Shown: piece by piece, positions 12,024-26,500 of the stretch | Position numbering within the stretch: position 1 is the first letter of the stretch | Layout of the letters: every line of letters begins with the position of its first letter | Made by a program: the position numbers and the translations under genes | The notes under the pieces: model-generated | The model's input: the letters and a program-made list of their open reading frames with translations, nothing else | What the model was told of the DNA's origin: nothing | Database searches by the model: none | From: Schmidtea polychroa | Taxonomy: Eukaryota | DNA: 64,000 bases | Assembly (NCBI GenBank): GCA_044892525.1 | Contig: CM097885.1 | Location: 12,340,001-12,404,000, forward strand | Direction of reading: 5' to 3'

Positions 12024-14929
12024 ATTTGTATAAAACATTTTTACTAACAGTAAATTAGTAGTTGATGTAAATGAATAAAAATCAAATTTTTATTGGTCTC
12101 AGAGAGAAAACGGACATGAACAATAGACGCATTACTTTCATTATCATTAGATATTTTAATTTTACTTAACTTTCTTCTTTTGCTAAAATAAATGACAGTA
12201 GTATTGTCATATGAGCTTTGCATCTAAATTTTAACAAATTTTTTATAGTGGAGCAGATAGAGAAATTTCTCCAAGACGTGGAACATTATACTTCAGAAGT
12301 GGTTCCCCAGTCTGAAAGAGCCAATTCGCTGGCGAGGAAGTGCCAAAGAATTGAAGGAGCCTGGTTCCGACCGGAACATATACGCAAGCTTCATTAAAGG
12401 AATATTGGGTCAAAGATCAGTGTACCACCAAGGACCCAAAAATTATAGTTAGGGAGCAATTACAGAAAATTATCGATTTGAGAGTCGCAATTCATACCGA
12501 TGCCAGAGTAGGACGAATACCGACGCATTCTGAGCCAAAGCTATTCCCAACCATAGTAGCTCTGATCCTAAGGATTCCATTAGCAGTATTAGTACCGACC
12601 GGGAAATGCGAACGGAAACTCGTGAGAGAAATTAAGGTAGTTTAGAAAGAATTATAGGAAAAATAATCAACAAATATATTTTTGTGAATAAATTTATATT
12701 TAATTATTGATGATATTTACATTTTTATATTAATAAAATATTTTATTCTTACATTTTGTTTGACTTTGTACTTATTAAGTAGCATAAATAATTAATTAAA
12801 TTGAAAAGATTGTCTCTTTTAAGGTGTCAGTCATATTAAAGTTAGTAATTTAGAACTATAGGTTGATTAAATTATGACACCATTATCATTTTGAAGACAA
12901 AGAAAGTTACCGCCTTCATTAAAATGTTTAACTTTGCAATGAATTTGAAATAATAAATAAATTAAATGAAACATTTTGTAAAATAACGAGCAATATAATA
13001 CAAATGATTATAATCTGATTTTGTCAACATTATCGCAGATGATTCGATAGGAAATATGTAGTCGTTCTGTTTAGAATTCGTTGAATCGAAATTTCTTATT
13101 ATAGAATTTGAGGTAGACTGAGACAATTAGGAAATTGAATACATAATAAAAATGAAAGGACAAGAGAAAAAACAAGAGAAACAACACTTTCTATAGTAAC
13201 ACTTTCTATTCATTAGGAAAAAGTATTGGGCAGTGAGATTAGGTCTTTAGAGGACTAATAAATACTCTTGGGACCCTTTTTGGGAGAAACTTTTAATTTC
13301 TCGAAAAGCCAGAATTATTCTCACGTTGGGAGCTCTTTCTTTTCTGAAATTCGATTCATCCACTTTTATATTGAATTTTGTGGTTGTTCTTGTAAAGAAG
13401 TCCTAAAGAAAAAAAGATAAGGCGTCAACGAGAAGAGTTAACTGGTCACGATTATAATTTGATATCATGTTTATATGTTAATCAATTCTGATTTAAATGT
13501 TGGTAAGTATCTAGAAATTTTTAAGCCAGGACAGGTTTTTCTGGACCTCAAGAGCTTTAAACTCTGACAATTTTAAACTAAATCCAGTTTTATGATATTC
13601 TCTGGAGTTTATTGCGTATATGATTATTACTTTATTTAGTCAAATCTTAAAATTATTTAAGTTTGTATTTTTTAATTCTTAATTAATATTCATTTTACAT
13701 TTCACTATTCTTAAAGTAAGTTAACTTGTTTAAAATATAAAATCTCTTTAAAAGCAAATTGTTTAAATTTTATTAATTATATTTTTAAAAACTTGAAATA
13801 ATTTATTCTTTATTTTATTATAAAATTTTACAGTAATATGTTACATAGACTTATTTCAAAATTTCCAAGCAATTTGAGTTAATTTTTTCAATTTTAAAAT
13901 TTATCCATAATGTTTTATTTAAGTTAAAAGATATCTCCTTAGCCCTGGCTATTCTTGTGATTCTATATGGAATAATCGACTTAATTGTGTTGAGTGCAAA
14001 TTATCAGCAAGTTCGTATATTAATACACATTATCACTGTTATTTAACGTTCAGATGATTTGGCTATTCACTTACAACAACATTTATCAGCTGATTTACCA
14101 ATTTCTCCAATAGATTTTGATATTGTAATTTGTAGATTTTGTTTTTTAGCATTCTTAAATTTTATTTAGTTAATGAATAAAATTAATGAAATTGATATAA
14201 GAAATTTAAAGTTTGTCGTTGATATAATAAAAAGGTAAATATTTTTAATATTCAGCGAGTTTTGGTAATAATTACGTTATTTCATATTTAAAAATTAAAC
14301 TTTAAAAAGCTCTAATTCGCGTATAAATTGAATAATATTTCCCCATTTTGAAATTGTCAGATACGATTTAGATATGATAATTGCATCATTGCATTTATAA
14401 TTGGAATTTTGGTCAATTTAGACTAAACGAGATAATGCGAAATATATAATTGGAAAATTTTAAAAAAGGAATTTATTGATTATTTTAATTTCTCTATTCT
14501 TACGACTGTGGCGGGTTATCGGATTAAATGATCGGTGGTTATGTGAGTGGATAATTTGTTTAACATTTGATTTATTCATGATAAATGATGGTAACCAGCT
14601 AGGTTATCTATGAGGGGGGGGGCGATAACCACTTATACCTTATCATTAATCACTGACTCAATCTTTTGCCTGTGTATCATTAAATGTTTCTAATAAGGAT
14701 TCTACAAATTTAAAAACGGTTTATTGACAACATTTTTACGTTTATGATCATTTCCACTTATTCTACCAGATAATCCTCACTATTGATTGATTTAAATATT
14801 CTTAGGCATTTTATGGAGGCTGTAAAAGTCCTTGTGTTTATTAGCGAATGTATAAAATCTACCAAAACTGTCTGATACACAATTCTCTGTACATTAAATG
14901 ACGAAAGATTTCTATACATTTTTATAAAT

Positions 14930-16980
14930 TTTTAATTATTAAATTAAAAAAAGGTACTTCAAAATATGAATAAAATTTTATTTACTATATATTATAAATA
15001 TTATATTTTAAAATGATTAATACATTTTTATATATAATAAAAAATATTTATTAATTTAAAATAAAAAATTGTTTTATTAATTAAATATTTTAAGTAATTT
15101 TTTTAATGATTAAATTAAAAAAATACTTCAAAATTTTGTTCACCATCTATTATAAATAATCTTAAAATACTTTTAATTAATTATTTATTTAAAAATTATT
15201 AGTACATTTTTATATATAATTAAAAAAAAGTATTAATTAATTTCAACTAAAAATATTATTTTATACATTAAATATTATAAGTATTTTTTTAATTAAATTT
15301 TAAAAAAATACTTTGAATAAAAATTTTTGTTTACTATATATTATAAATAAATTTTTTAAATATAATTAAAAATGATAATTAGATTTTTATCTTTAATTAA
15401 AAAATTATTAATTAATTTTTAAAAAAAATTTCATTTTATACATTAAATATTATAAGTAAATTTTTTAATTATTAAATTAAAAAAATGTTTCAAAATTTTG
15501 TTTACTATACTTTATAAATAAATTTAAAATATTTTTAATTAATTATTTAAAAATTATTAGTACATTTTTATATATAATTAAAATAAAGTATTAATTAATT
15601 TCAACTAAAAATATTATTTTATACATTAAATATTATAAGTATTTTTTTAATTAAATTTTAAAAAAATACTTCGAATAAAAATTTTTGTTTACTATATATT
15701 ATAAATAAATTTTTTAAATATAATTAAAAATGATAATTAGATTTTTATCTTTAATTAAAAAATTATTAATTAATTTTTAAAAAAAATTTCATTTTATACA
15801 TTAAATATTATAAGTAAATTTTTTAATTATTAAATTAAAAAAATGTTTCAAAATTTTGTTTACTATACTTTATAAATAAATTTAAAATATTTTTAATTAA
15901 TTATTAAATTTTTAAGCGTTATATATTATAAATATAATATATAAAAATTTTCCATTATATTTAATTAATTATTTATTTATTTAAAAATATTAATTATATT
16001 TATTTATTAAAAAGTATTAATTAATTTCAAATAAAAATATAATTTTATACATCAAATAATATAGGTATATTTTTAATTAAATTTAAAATATACTTCAAAA
16101 TTAAAATAAAATTTTGTTTACTATATATTATAAATAAATTTTTTAAATATAATATTTAAAATGATAATTAGATTTTTATATTTAAATAAAAAATTATTAT
16201 TTAATTTAAAATAAAAAAATCGTTTTATACATTAAATATTATAAGTAAATTTTAATTAATTAATTAGTTAATTCAAAATTATTCTTATTTATTAAATTAT
16301 TTAACTACTTGAAATAATAAATATATATTTTTGTGCATTTTATATATTATTATGAATATTATAATAATTAAGTTAAAAAGTACTTAAAAATATGAATAAA
16401 ATTTTATTTAGTATATATTAAAAATAAATAATACATTTGTATATATAATAAAAAAAATATTTATTAATTTAAAATAAAAAAAATAGTATTATTAATTAGA
16501 TATTTTAAGTAATTTATTTAATTATCAAATTTTAAGAAAATGCTTCAAAATTTTGTTTACTATATATTATAAATTAACTTATAATATTTTTAATTAATTA
16601 TTGAATTTTTAAGCGTTATATATTATAAATATAATATTAAAACAATATTCATTATATTTAATTAATTATTTATTTATTTAAAAATTATTTTACATTTTTA
16701 TATATAAATAAAAAATAAATTTTTTAAATATTTTTCATAGAATTAAAAAAAATATTAATTAATTTAGAATAAAAATACCATTTTATGCATTAAATATTAT
16801 AAGTAAATTTTTATATATTAATTTATTTAACTACTTGAAAAAATAAATATATTTTTGTGCATTATATATATTATTATGAATATCATTATAATTAAATTAA
16901 AAAAATATTTCAAAATATGAATAAATTTTGTTTACAATATATTATATATAAATATTTAAAATAATTATTAAATTAATTAT
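14930..16980. repeat. Extremely AT-rich tandem repeat, period about 360 bp
   Basis: AGTACATTTTTATATATAATTAAA...CAACTAAAAATATT recurs at about 15201 and 15559, with more diverged copies on either side. Confidence 0.8.
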
Positions 16981-17284
16981 TAATATTTTATGCATTTGTT
17001 ATTCTCAAAACATTTAATCTTCATCAAATTCAACATTGATTATCCGTTGAGGTCTTATCGATATTGGTCAGAGTTCTGTCACTATTCTATCTTTCATTTT
17101 CTACGATTTTAAAGATGTAATTCTCATTTTATAATCAATTTAGAAAAGTACCATATATAAATAAGTAATATAGAGTTTGGGTTGGAAATGAACTATTATA
17201 TTTCTAATGGATGATATTAGTTTAAAAATAAAAAAGTTAATCGTAAGATTAATTTAAAATGTCTAGTAAGAATTGAAGACTAAA

Positions 17285-17443
<159 letters not shown>

Positions 17444-17559
17444 CCTTTGGAATATAAGCTCTTTAATCAGTCAAATTTAAGCTAGCCTGTGAAATTTTAC
17501 TCTTAAACAACAGTTAAATCTTTCACCTCGCTCTTTCCCACACGAAAATGACTCAACTT

Positions 17560-18296
17560 TGATAGCTCTTAAATTTTGACCCTTCACCTACTTTTTAACT
17601 GTACCCATCATTTCCATCATAAAATGGCTATACATCAACCCGTTACATCACAAGCCCATTTGGATTTTACTTACTCTTAAAATTTGAACCTTCCACCATC
17701 TTTTTACGGACTATTCATCATAAAATGACTCTAAATCAACTTGTCCCATCAGGTGTCATTTTAAATCTTATTTTCCATTACGTTTGAACTTTGCACCATT
17801 TTTATACAGACTATTCATCATTGAATGACTATAAATCGTCCTAACGCTTAAAATTTACCCTTTCATCACCTATACCTAACACTACCCATCATTTCCCATC
17901 ATAAAATGACTCTAAACCAACCTGTCCCATCAGGTGTCATTTTAAATCTTACCCTAGAAATCTAAACCTTGCATCATTTTTTTAGATTATTCTTCACAAA
18001 TAACTAAATAATGCGAACACTTCAACTACTTTTTAACACTGCTCATCATTTCCATCATAAAATGACTATAAATCAACCCGTTCCATCACAAGGCCATTTC
18101 GATTTTATTTACTCTTAAATTTTGAACCTTGCGCCATCTTTTTACGGACTATTCATCATAAAATGACTCTAAATCATCATAACCCATTTAACTACCTTTT
18201 AACACTATACCCATCATTTCCCATCATAAAATTATTAAATCAACCCGTGTCATCACAAGCCCATTTGGATTTTACTTAATCTTAAAATTTGAACCT
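17560..18296. repeat. Diverged tandem repeat
   Basis: CCCATCATTT(C)CCATCATAAAATGACT(A/C)TAAATCAAC and TTTGAACCTT blocks recur several times. Confidence 0.7.
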
Positions 18297-18985
18297 TATT
18301 TTTGTTATTTATAATATTAATATTTTATTAAATTACGTGTATATATATATTACTGACAAATTATAAGTAAACTATTAAGTTAAATCTTTTTATAATGGAA
18401 AATTAAAAAAGATCAATGATGACAATACATGATAAAAACTAAAACCTAATTGATTATTCTAGACTATGTTACCGATTCTTGCCCATTATATTCGTAAATA
18501 CATTTTTAAAATACACTCACTGGTAAGTTTGTTGATGAGATTATATAATACGGATCGATCAGAATCCGTAATTTACCGCCACATATCTAGAATCATCGTT
18601 CAAATACAAATTTACTGATTCTCTTACTTAATTGTCATATCCATATAAACGTTAATATATAAAAACTTATTGTTTTCGCGTGATTTCTTTCAATCATATT
18701 GTCTAGCTATCGTCGAACACAATCATCACAAAAGGTATTCGAATCATCGTCTCATGCTGCAATACGGAATCTCATAGAGATTACGGCGTTCAGTCAAATA
18801 ATGGATTTTATTAAAAATCGAGTTTGTTGACAGTTGACAGTAACCGGAGTAACTTGATAATAATAATACTAATCTAGGAAACATCGGGGATATTTCTTGA
18901 TGAGGTCAGTGTTAATATACTCCTCGATCAATTCATAATTAAAAAACAATGGGAAAATGCCTTTTTCACTAGTGTTGAATGGGTT

Positions 18986-19435
18986 TTGCAGGACTGTCTC
19001 ATCGATAGCAAATTGGCTATTCCGTTGTGTCTTATTTCGTGTTTAAATTTCTGGAAAGAGTCCTTGTGGAAATATGAGCCTCCTGAAGTTAAACCATCAA
19101 AAGAACCGATTGAATATAAATGGATTCCGTATGTAAAACCGAATGGTTTCGATGATCACTTTGATCTCTGTAAGAATTGCCATAGGAAGAGATTATTGGG
19201 GAAATGCATTTCGATGTTGATTGGGCATTTGGATAGAATTATCGATAACAAGCAGGACATTGGCCGAGTGAATTATTTCAAAAATAATCTCAGTTTACTC
19301 GGATTGGCTTTGCATGAAAAGCTAGATTTACTGTTAATAACAATGGAAACTTGGCTCGCTAATGATGATGTAAAATTGAACTTAGATCTGGTAATTAAGG
19401 CTCTGTGGAAATGTTATCATTGGCATTGGATTTAG
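18986..19435 (+). CDS. Unknown ORF or exon (149 aa)
   Basis: Open frame with coding-like composition, preceded by acceptor-like sites. No family recognised. Confidence 0.35.
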   Translation: MQDCLIDSKLAIPLCLISCLNFWKESLWKYEPPEVKPSKEPIEYKWIPYVKPNGFDDHFDLCKNCHRKRLLGKCISMLIGHLDRIIDNKQDIGRVNYFKNNLSLLGLALHEKLDLLLITMETWLANDDVKLNLDLVIKALWKCYHWHWI

Positions 19436-19649
19436 ATTGCCATCGTAACTGAGTTGATTTCGAATGTTGAGCGCACTATTCCCGATAATCCCGTCCCGCA
19501 CCCGACATTTACCGAGGAAAAGGTTACAGAAACAATAAATAAATTCCAGGTAAATGAACATTTCACTTATCAAATTATTACACTAACGTTCTAGTAAAAT
19601 TATAAATTTTTTATTCAAAATTTAATTTTTCAATTTTTCATTGTTTTAT

Positions 19650-20938
19650 TATGAATTATTAATTATTATTGTTATTAATTTTTATTGATATTATTATTAA
19701 TTATTTTTGGTATCATTATTATTATTATTATTGATATTTTTATTATTATTATTGATATCATTATTATTAATTATTATTGGTATTATTATTATTATTATTA
19801 TTGATATTTTTATTATTATTATTGATATCATTATTATTAATTATTACTATTATTAATTAATATTATTGTTGGGGTTATATAATAATTAAAAGTAAAATTG
19901 AATTATATTTGTAATTAAACGAATGAGAGAAGTGTAAGACTGGTCAGGGAGAGAATCGACAATGCGAAGAAATAAAATGGGTAAAAAGGCTCGAGAAGGT
20001 ACATCAGTATATGGGAAATGCACAAAAATATGAATTGTGGTAAATCGATAAAAAATTCATAAATTCGAATTAAAGTCTGAAAAAAAGGTCATGGATGGAA
20101 CAGGTAGAGTAATAACATGGTGATAACGGAATTTTCAGAAAGTGCTAGGAAAGGTGAGAAAAGGTGCGTAAAAGATGAAAAACAAATGAAATTATTTAAT
20201 TAATTAGCTAGTAGAAAGAAATCATGAGTTAGGTAAACAAAGAGAATAGTAAACAGAAGGAAAATTTAGGCACATTATCTTGTCACAATGATTAATGGGA
20301 GAAGACCAACAAAAAGATAGTCCGTGCAGAAAGGTACGGGTGGACCATTTTAGGTGACAGCCGAAGCAGATATGTGGAGTCGAATGTCCGGAAAGAGATT
20401 GACTCGGTAATAACCATTTGTCATTCCGATTTCGAAGAGTATAATGGGAAAATCAGATCAAACTGGCATTCTGTCTCAGCTAGGGACACGAAGAAACCGA
20501 GCTTAGGACAATCAGGAAGTTTAGAGAAAACGAAAAGATAAAGTCAGGAGATACTTAGAAAAGTTGAAAATAATTAAATCAAATCTAAAAGAAAAGAGTT
20601 GGTCAAAATAAACCAGTGAATATAAAGATGAATATTAGCTTTTGTCAAGGCATCAACACAAAGTGGAGGATCGGTCAAACTCATAAAATTTTGGTTATTG
20701 ATTATTTTGTGTCGAGAAAAAATACATTTTAGTTTGTTAGTGGTTATTTTCAATTAAAGGGACACGTGGAGGCAGAGGTTACCGACTTGAATTAATAAAA
20801 CCCAAATTGTCATTGATATTATTGTTATTTATTATTGATATTATTTATTGTTATAATTGATATTATTGATATTATTATTAATATTATTGATGTTACTATT
20901 ATTATAGATATTATTATTATTATTATTATTATTATTGA

Positions 20939-20969
<31 letters not shown>

Positions 20970-21070
20970 GATATTGATATTTTTATTATTATTGATACTA
21001 TTAATTTTTATTATTACTTAATATTGATTTAATTATTATTAATAATATTATTGTTATTATTATTGATTTA
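19650..21070. repeat. (TAT)n-type microsatellite split by an insertion
   Basis: TAT/TGA repeats at about 19650-19866 and 20813-21070. Confidence 0.85.
19867..20812. mobile_element. Probable solo LTR inserted in the microsatellite
   Basis: About 945-bp non-coding block starting TGTTGGGGTT and ending AACCCAAATTGTCA. The TSD is not resolvable inside the repeat. Confidence 0.4.
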
Positions 21071-21184
21071 TTTATTCTCGAATTTAATAAACTAATGTCA
21101 ATAATTTATTAAATTTATTGATTTCTCAATGAGATAAAATCTTGATTTGAACTGATCAAACAAATGTAAATTCAGGATTTAGTA

Positions 21185-21589
21185 ATGAGATATAAATCCA
21201 AACAACTTGTTGATGAACAAGATCTCGTTAATAACAGTTTGGATTTTCTTTCAAGTCAACTAGACAGACTTAGTAGGGATGAGGAGGACCTTGTTGCTGG
21301 AAAGTATGAGAAATTCAATTCCAATCGAGGCGTTGCATTTGAGAAGGAGAAATTAGTTATTGCTAGAAAAGAAATCCTCAAAGAATCCAAAGCCAAATTA
21401 TTAGAATTAACCAATCAGGAGGAATATATCAAATACTTTGAGAAAATGCCGGAAATCATGCGTGAGGCCTGGATGGCTCAGCGCACAATCAAAGAAAAGG
21501 CATTTTCATGTAAGAAAGCTAATCTGGAGAATTTGGAAAATCTAGAAAAGAAGAGCAAACCGAAATTTGTTGTGCAATTTGAACCATGA
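21185..21589 (+). CDS. Unknown coiled-coil ORF (134 aa)
   Basis: ATG-initiated, E/K-rich helical composition, flanked by repeats. No family recognised. Confidence 0.4.
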   Translation: MRYKSKQLVDEQDLVNNSLDFLSSQLDRLSRDEEDLVAGKYEKFNSNRGVAFEKEKLVIARKEILKESKAKLLELTNQEEYIKYFEKMPEIMREAWMAQRTIKEKAFSCKKANLENLENLEKKSKPKFVVQFEP

Positions 21590-21619
21590 AATTTGTTGTT
21601 ATAAATGCATTTTCTTAGT

Positions 21620-23540
21620 AAAAGTAAAAATTTCTAAAAAAAATTATAAATCAAAAGCACTAATTTTTCATAATAAAAGTACAAATTTCTAAAAAATAAT
21701 AGTAAAAAATTATAAATTAAAAACACAAATTTTTCATAATAAAATTCAAATTTCTAAAATTATTAATTAAAAGTACAAATTTCTAAAAAAAATTATAAAT
21801 AAAAAGTACAAATATTTCATAATAAAGGTAAAAATTTCTAAAAAATAATAGTAAAAAATTATAAATTAAAAACACAAATTTTTCATAATAAAATTCAAAT
21901 TTCTAAAATTATTAATTAAAAGTACAAATTTCTAAAAAAAATTATAAATAAAAAGTACAAATTTTTCATAATAAAAGTACAAATTTCTAAAAAATTATAA
22001 ATAAAAAGTACAAATATTTCATAATAAAGGTAAAAATTTCTAAAAAATAATAGTAAAAAATTATAATTTAAAAACACAAATTTTTCATAATAAAATTCAA
22101 ATTTCTAAAATTTATTAATTAAAAGTAAAAATTTCTAAAAAAAATTATAAATAAAAAGTACAAATATTTCATAATAAAGGTAAAAATTTCTAAAAAATAA
22201 TAGTAAAAAATTATAATTTAAAAACACAAATTTTTCATAATAAAATTCAAATTTCTAAAATTTATTAATTAAAAGTAAAAATTTCTAAAAAAAATTATAA
22301 ATAAAAAGTACAAATATTTCATAATAAAGGTAAAAATTTCTAAAAAATAATAGTAAAAAATTATAATTTAAAAACACAAATTTTTCATAATAAAATTCAA
22401 ATTTCTAAAATTTATTAATTAAAAGTAAAAATTTCTAAAAAAAATTATAAATAAAAAGTACAAATATTTCATAATAAAGGTAAAAATTTCTAAAAAATAA
22501 TAGTAAAAAATTATAATTTAAAAACACAAATTTTTCATAATAAAATTCAAATTTCTAAAATTTATTAATTAAAAGTAAAAATTTCTAAAAAAAATTATAA
22601 ATAAAAAGTACAAATATTTCATAATAAAGGTAAAAATTTCTAAAAAATAATAGTAAAAAATTATAATTTAAAAACACAAATTTTTCATAATAAAATTCAA
22701 ATTTCTAAAATTTATTAATTAAAAGTAAAAATTTCTAAAAAAAATTATAAATAAAAAGTACAAATATTTCATAATAAAGGTAAAAATTTCTAAAAAATAA
22801 TAGTAAAAAATTATAATTTAAAAACACAAATTTTTCATAATAAAATTCAAATTTCTAAAATTTATTAATTAAAAGTAAAAATTTCTAAAAAAAATTATAA
22901 ATAAAAAGTACAAATATTTCATAATAAAGGTAAAAATTTCTAAAAAATAATAGTAAAAAATTATAATTTAAAAACACAAATTTTTCATAATAAAATTCAA
23001 ATTTCTAAAATTTATTAATTAAAAGTAAAAATTTCTAAAAAAAATTATAAATAAAAAGTACAAATATTTCATAATAAAGGTAAAAATTTCTAAAAAATAA
23101 TAGTAAAAAATTATAATTTAAAAACACAAATTTTTCATAATAAAATTCAAATTTCTAAAATTTATTAATTAAAAGTAAAAATTTCTAAAAAAAATTATAA
23201 ATAAAAAGTACAAATATTTCATAATAAAAGTACAAATTTCTAAAAAATTATAAATTAAACACAAATTTTTCATAATAAAATTCAAATTTCTAAAATTATT
23301 AATTAAAAGTACAAATTTCTAAAAAATAATAATAAAAAATTATAAATAAAAAGTACAAATATTACAAAAATTTCTAAAAAAATTAAAAATGAAAAGCACA
23401 AATTTTTCATAAAATTCAAATTTCTATAATAATTCTAAAAATTTAAAGTACAATTTTCTAAAAATTATAGTAAAAAAATTATAAATTAAAAGTACAAACT
23501 TTTCATAATTAAACTACAAATAAAAATAATACAAAAATTT
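21620..23540. repeat. 150-bp satellite array
   Basis: ATAATAAAGGTAAAAATTTC recurs every 150 bp (22021, 22171, 22321...). About 8 identical central units with decayed edges. Confidence 0.95.
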
Positions 23541-26500
23541 ATAAATTAAAAGTGCAATAAAATCGGAATTGGGCTTCTTTTGTCCGAAGTCTACGACTTC
23601 AGAATTCCTCTTTGCAATTTCTCAATGAACATCACTCGATTTGGAGTCTTATTGAAATCTTTGTCTTTGGTCTTTTTGTAATTAAAACTTCATATGAATC
23701 AGTCAGTTTATGCATCACTAAGCTAATTCAGTAACAAAATTCCTAATGTTTTACAGTGCTTATATTCGCTATACTCGGCTCTATCTATTATGAGATTATA
23801 TGATTTAATTACCTTAGTCTGAGTTAAACTAAATTGTATATTGAAAACGAGATCAATATAAATGGTCTCAGTTAATTACGACTTCAAGGGTGGCAATTAG
23901 TTCAAACTATTTGATCTAAAGAGAATTAAAACAGTGCGAGGCGGGTGTTGTGACTCGTCGTTAAGGGCAAAGTCCATATAAAGGTTAACCCTCAACTCGC
24001 AATTTAAGGTCAAATTTTTAAAAATTTCCCTAAATCCATTTAACGAATTACTTTTTTGAAAATTGTTCAAAGTCTTTCTAATACTACGTTTGTATAGCAA
24101 GAGTCTTTGTTACTCATGTATTTGTATTAAACACTAAGGATAGAATAATATTAATCGTTAAGCAACAGGAAATGCAGAAAATATTAGAAAAAGAATCAAT
24201 ATTTAAGACAATTATAAAAGTTTACATAGAACTTTCAACGTTATAGAATATAGAATACACCAGAGTCTCTTTTTACAAGGTCTTTTTTACACGGTTTTGA
24301 AAAATATTTTTATTGAAAACGATTCCAATTTTGAGCGAGGTTTCTTAAATTTCTTAATTCTGCTGTTATTGGATCTAATCTACGAAAATGCTTTTTTTTC
24401 TTTGTTAGTAATTTTTTTACATTATTTTTAACACGATTTATTTAAATTTACACGGTTTTTTTTACACGATTTTTTTTTACACGGTACCTATTAGGTAAAA
24501 TAATTTTACGAAGATAATAATTAAAAAAAAGAGGCCCCAAGGAAATTATAGAGAAAATGGTACTTCCGTGTTATCTTACCCCCAAAAATTAAATTTAAAA
24601 AGAACACAATTATTATATTTATTTTCTAAATCACAGTTACAAACTCAGCAAATGTTTGTAAAGAGTTTGTAAATGGTCACAATGTCGTTGAGAATAGTGT
24701 CGAACACATCGGCGATGTTGCTTAGAACACGTTCGCGCCACAGAAATCACAGATAGCCTTAATAATTTCATGTTCAAAAATGTTCAATAACGTCATCAAT
24801 AATGTATTCTCTCAATTTTAGAATTGTAAAAACTAAAAATTTGTTTGAAAATAAGGAATTGCGTATCATGCAATGATTTAATTATATATGATTGGATCAT
24901 CAATTTCAATTTTTACTTTTAATTGAAACGAAATCATGTTCAATGGTTAAAGGCATAAATCCTATTCAGCCCAGCCACTGCACACACTTGCAAGTTAATC
25001 AAAATCAAATATGTCTTGACTTACGAGGAGTGATGCAGTTCTACTGCACTGTTCAACGGTAACTTCTTGTATCCAGTGTGGGAAAGGTCGGACTGTCCTG
25101 ATGCTCGGTTCTCTACAATTGGGAAACTTGCTCTTCTTTGTTGCATGCTCACGATAGGTAAGGCAGCGGAATTTAACCGACAAGGTTAATTTATATAGAA
25201 GATCGGGAATCACTTCGAGATTTTTAGTTTGGTTGTTTTTCTAAATTTATTAGCACATAACATTAATGCTCGTCACGCTAGTATTGTAATGGTAATCGAC
25301 TTAGGCCACAAACCTAAATTCAACATTTAAACTACATTGTTTTTTCTATATAGAGCTCGTTCTCCTAATGTACGATAGGCAATGGTAGCTAGCACCTAAC
25401 ATTTAACAAATTAGAATGAAAAATGGCATCGTTGTAAGAAATTTAGAATCCCGAAATCGTATCAGTCAAGCGAATAGCGCAGATTAAAGTCATATAGACC
25501 AGATAATCATGCTTAAATAAATCTAAAACAAGTGCAGATTCCTGCCCAGATTTTGGATAATATTGATCATTGTAGGAAATCTAAAGATCAATTTTCAAGG
25601 ATCCCTGCCTAAATCTTTTACAGAGAACATTATTATAGGACAATAAAATCAAACCTTCAAAACGGAAAAATAAGGTTGGATCCCTTCTCAATTTGAGATA
25701 CTGGACTTCACATATTTTATTTTGACGAAACACCAAATAAGAATAACTGAAACATTAATTAACTCAATAAGTCTAATTTAACGAAAACAGTAAATCCAAA
25801 TAACAATCGATAAGAATGAAACGAATCACTGAGTCTCGAAGTTGGTAATTCACGTAGATGATGATTCCCAAAAAAGCTTGCTTCCTCTTCTTCGAGTAGT
25901 CGGTCCAAGTCGAATGTCATTCGGATTACCTCCTCTATGGAGTTCCTTTGGCAAGAATAACCCTAAACCTTTGGCCGGCCTTATCGTACATAGCGGCGAT
26001 TAAGCTGAATGCGGCTTTAGCATTGCATGCGGTCAAGAGTGCCTCGGCTTCTGTCTGCTTCGTTTTTCTCTTTTTAGTCCGTTTCGCCCGCGATTATTGT
26101 TTTCGTTACGATTTTCACGGGGCTTTATGCGGACTCCTTCCTTCCAATCGGAGCGGTGGGCGCGTCTGAGGTGGGGCGCGACAGATGCAGATGCCACGCA
26201 CCCCTTGCAGGCCGTACTTGAGGTAGTACTCATGCCCTCGGCCCGATGATGGCGGGAAATTGATTGTCCTTATTCGATACGGGGATATTGACGATTTGGT
26301 GGTTGATTTAAGATTAAGTATATACTTTATGGCGCGCTTGAGACGACTCCTTCAACAATGGGAGTTACGCTCGACTTTCCTCTAGTAAACGATCTCGACA
26401 GTGTTCGAGTGGCAAAATCTTTTTGTTGACTTCTTTCATCTGGCCGGGGTTAAACCACGTGCCCTCCAGATGACCTATTTTTTTCATGAGGAGTCCAATT

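Noticed and set aside
20835..21032. Poly-Ile ORF
   Set aside because: Translation of a TAT microsatellite.
21620..23540. CRISPR-like array
   Set aside because: Pure tandem units with no unique spacers, in a eukaryotic context with no cas genes.
24250..24490. DNA-transposon end with TTTTTACACG repeats
   Set aside because: No matching second end or TSD was identified.
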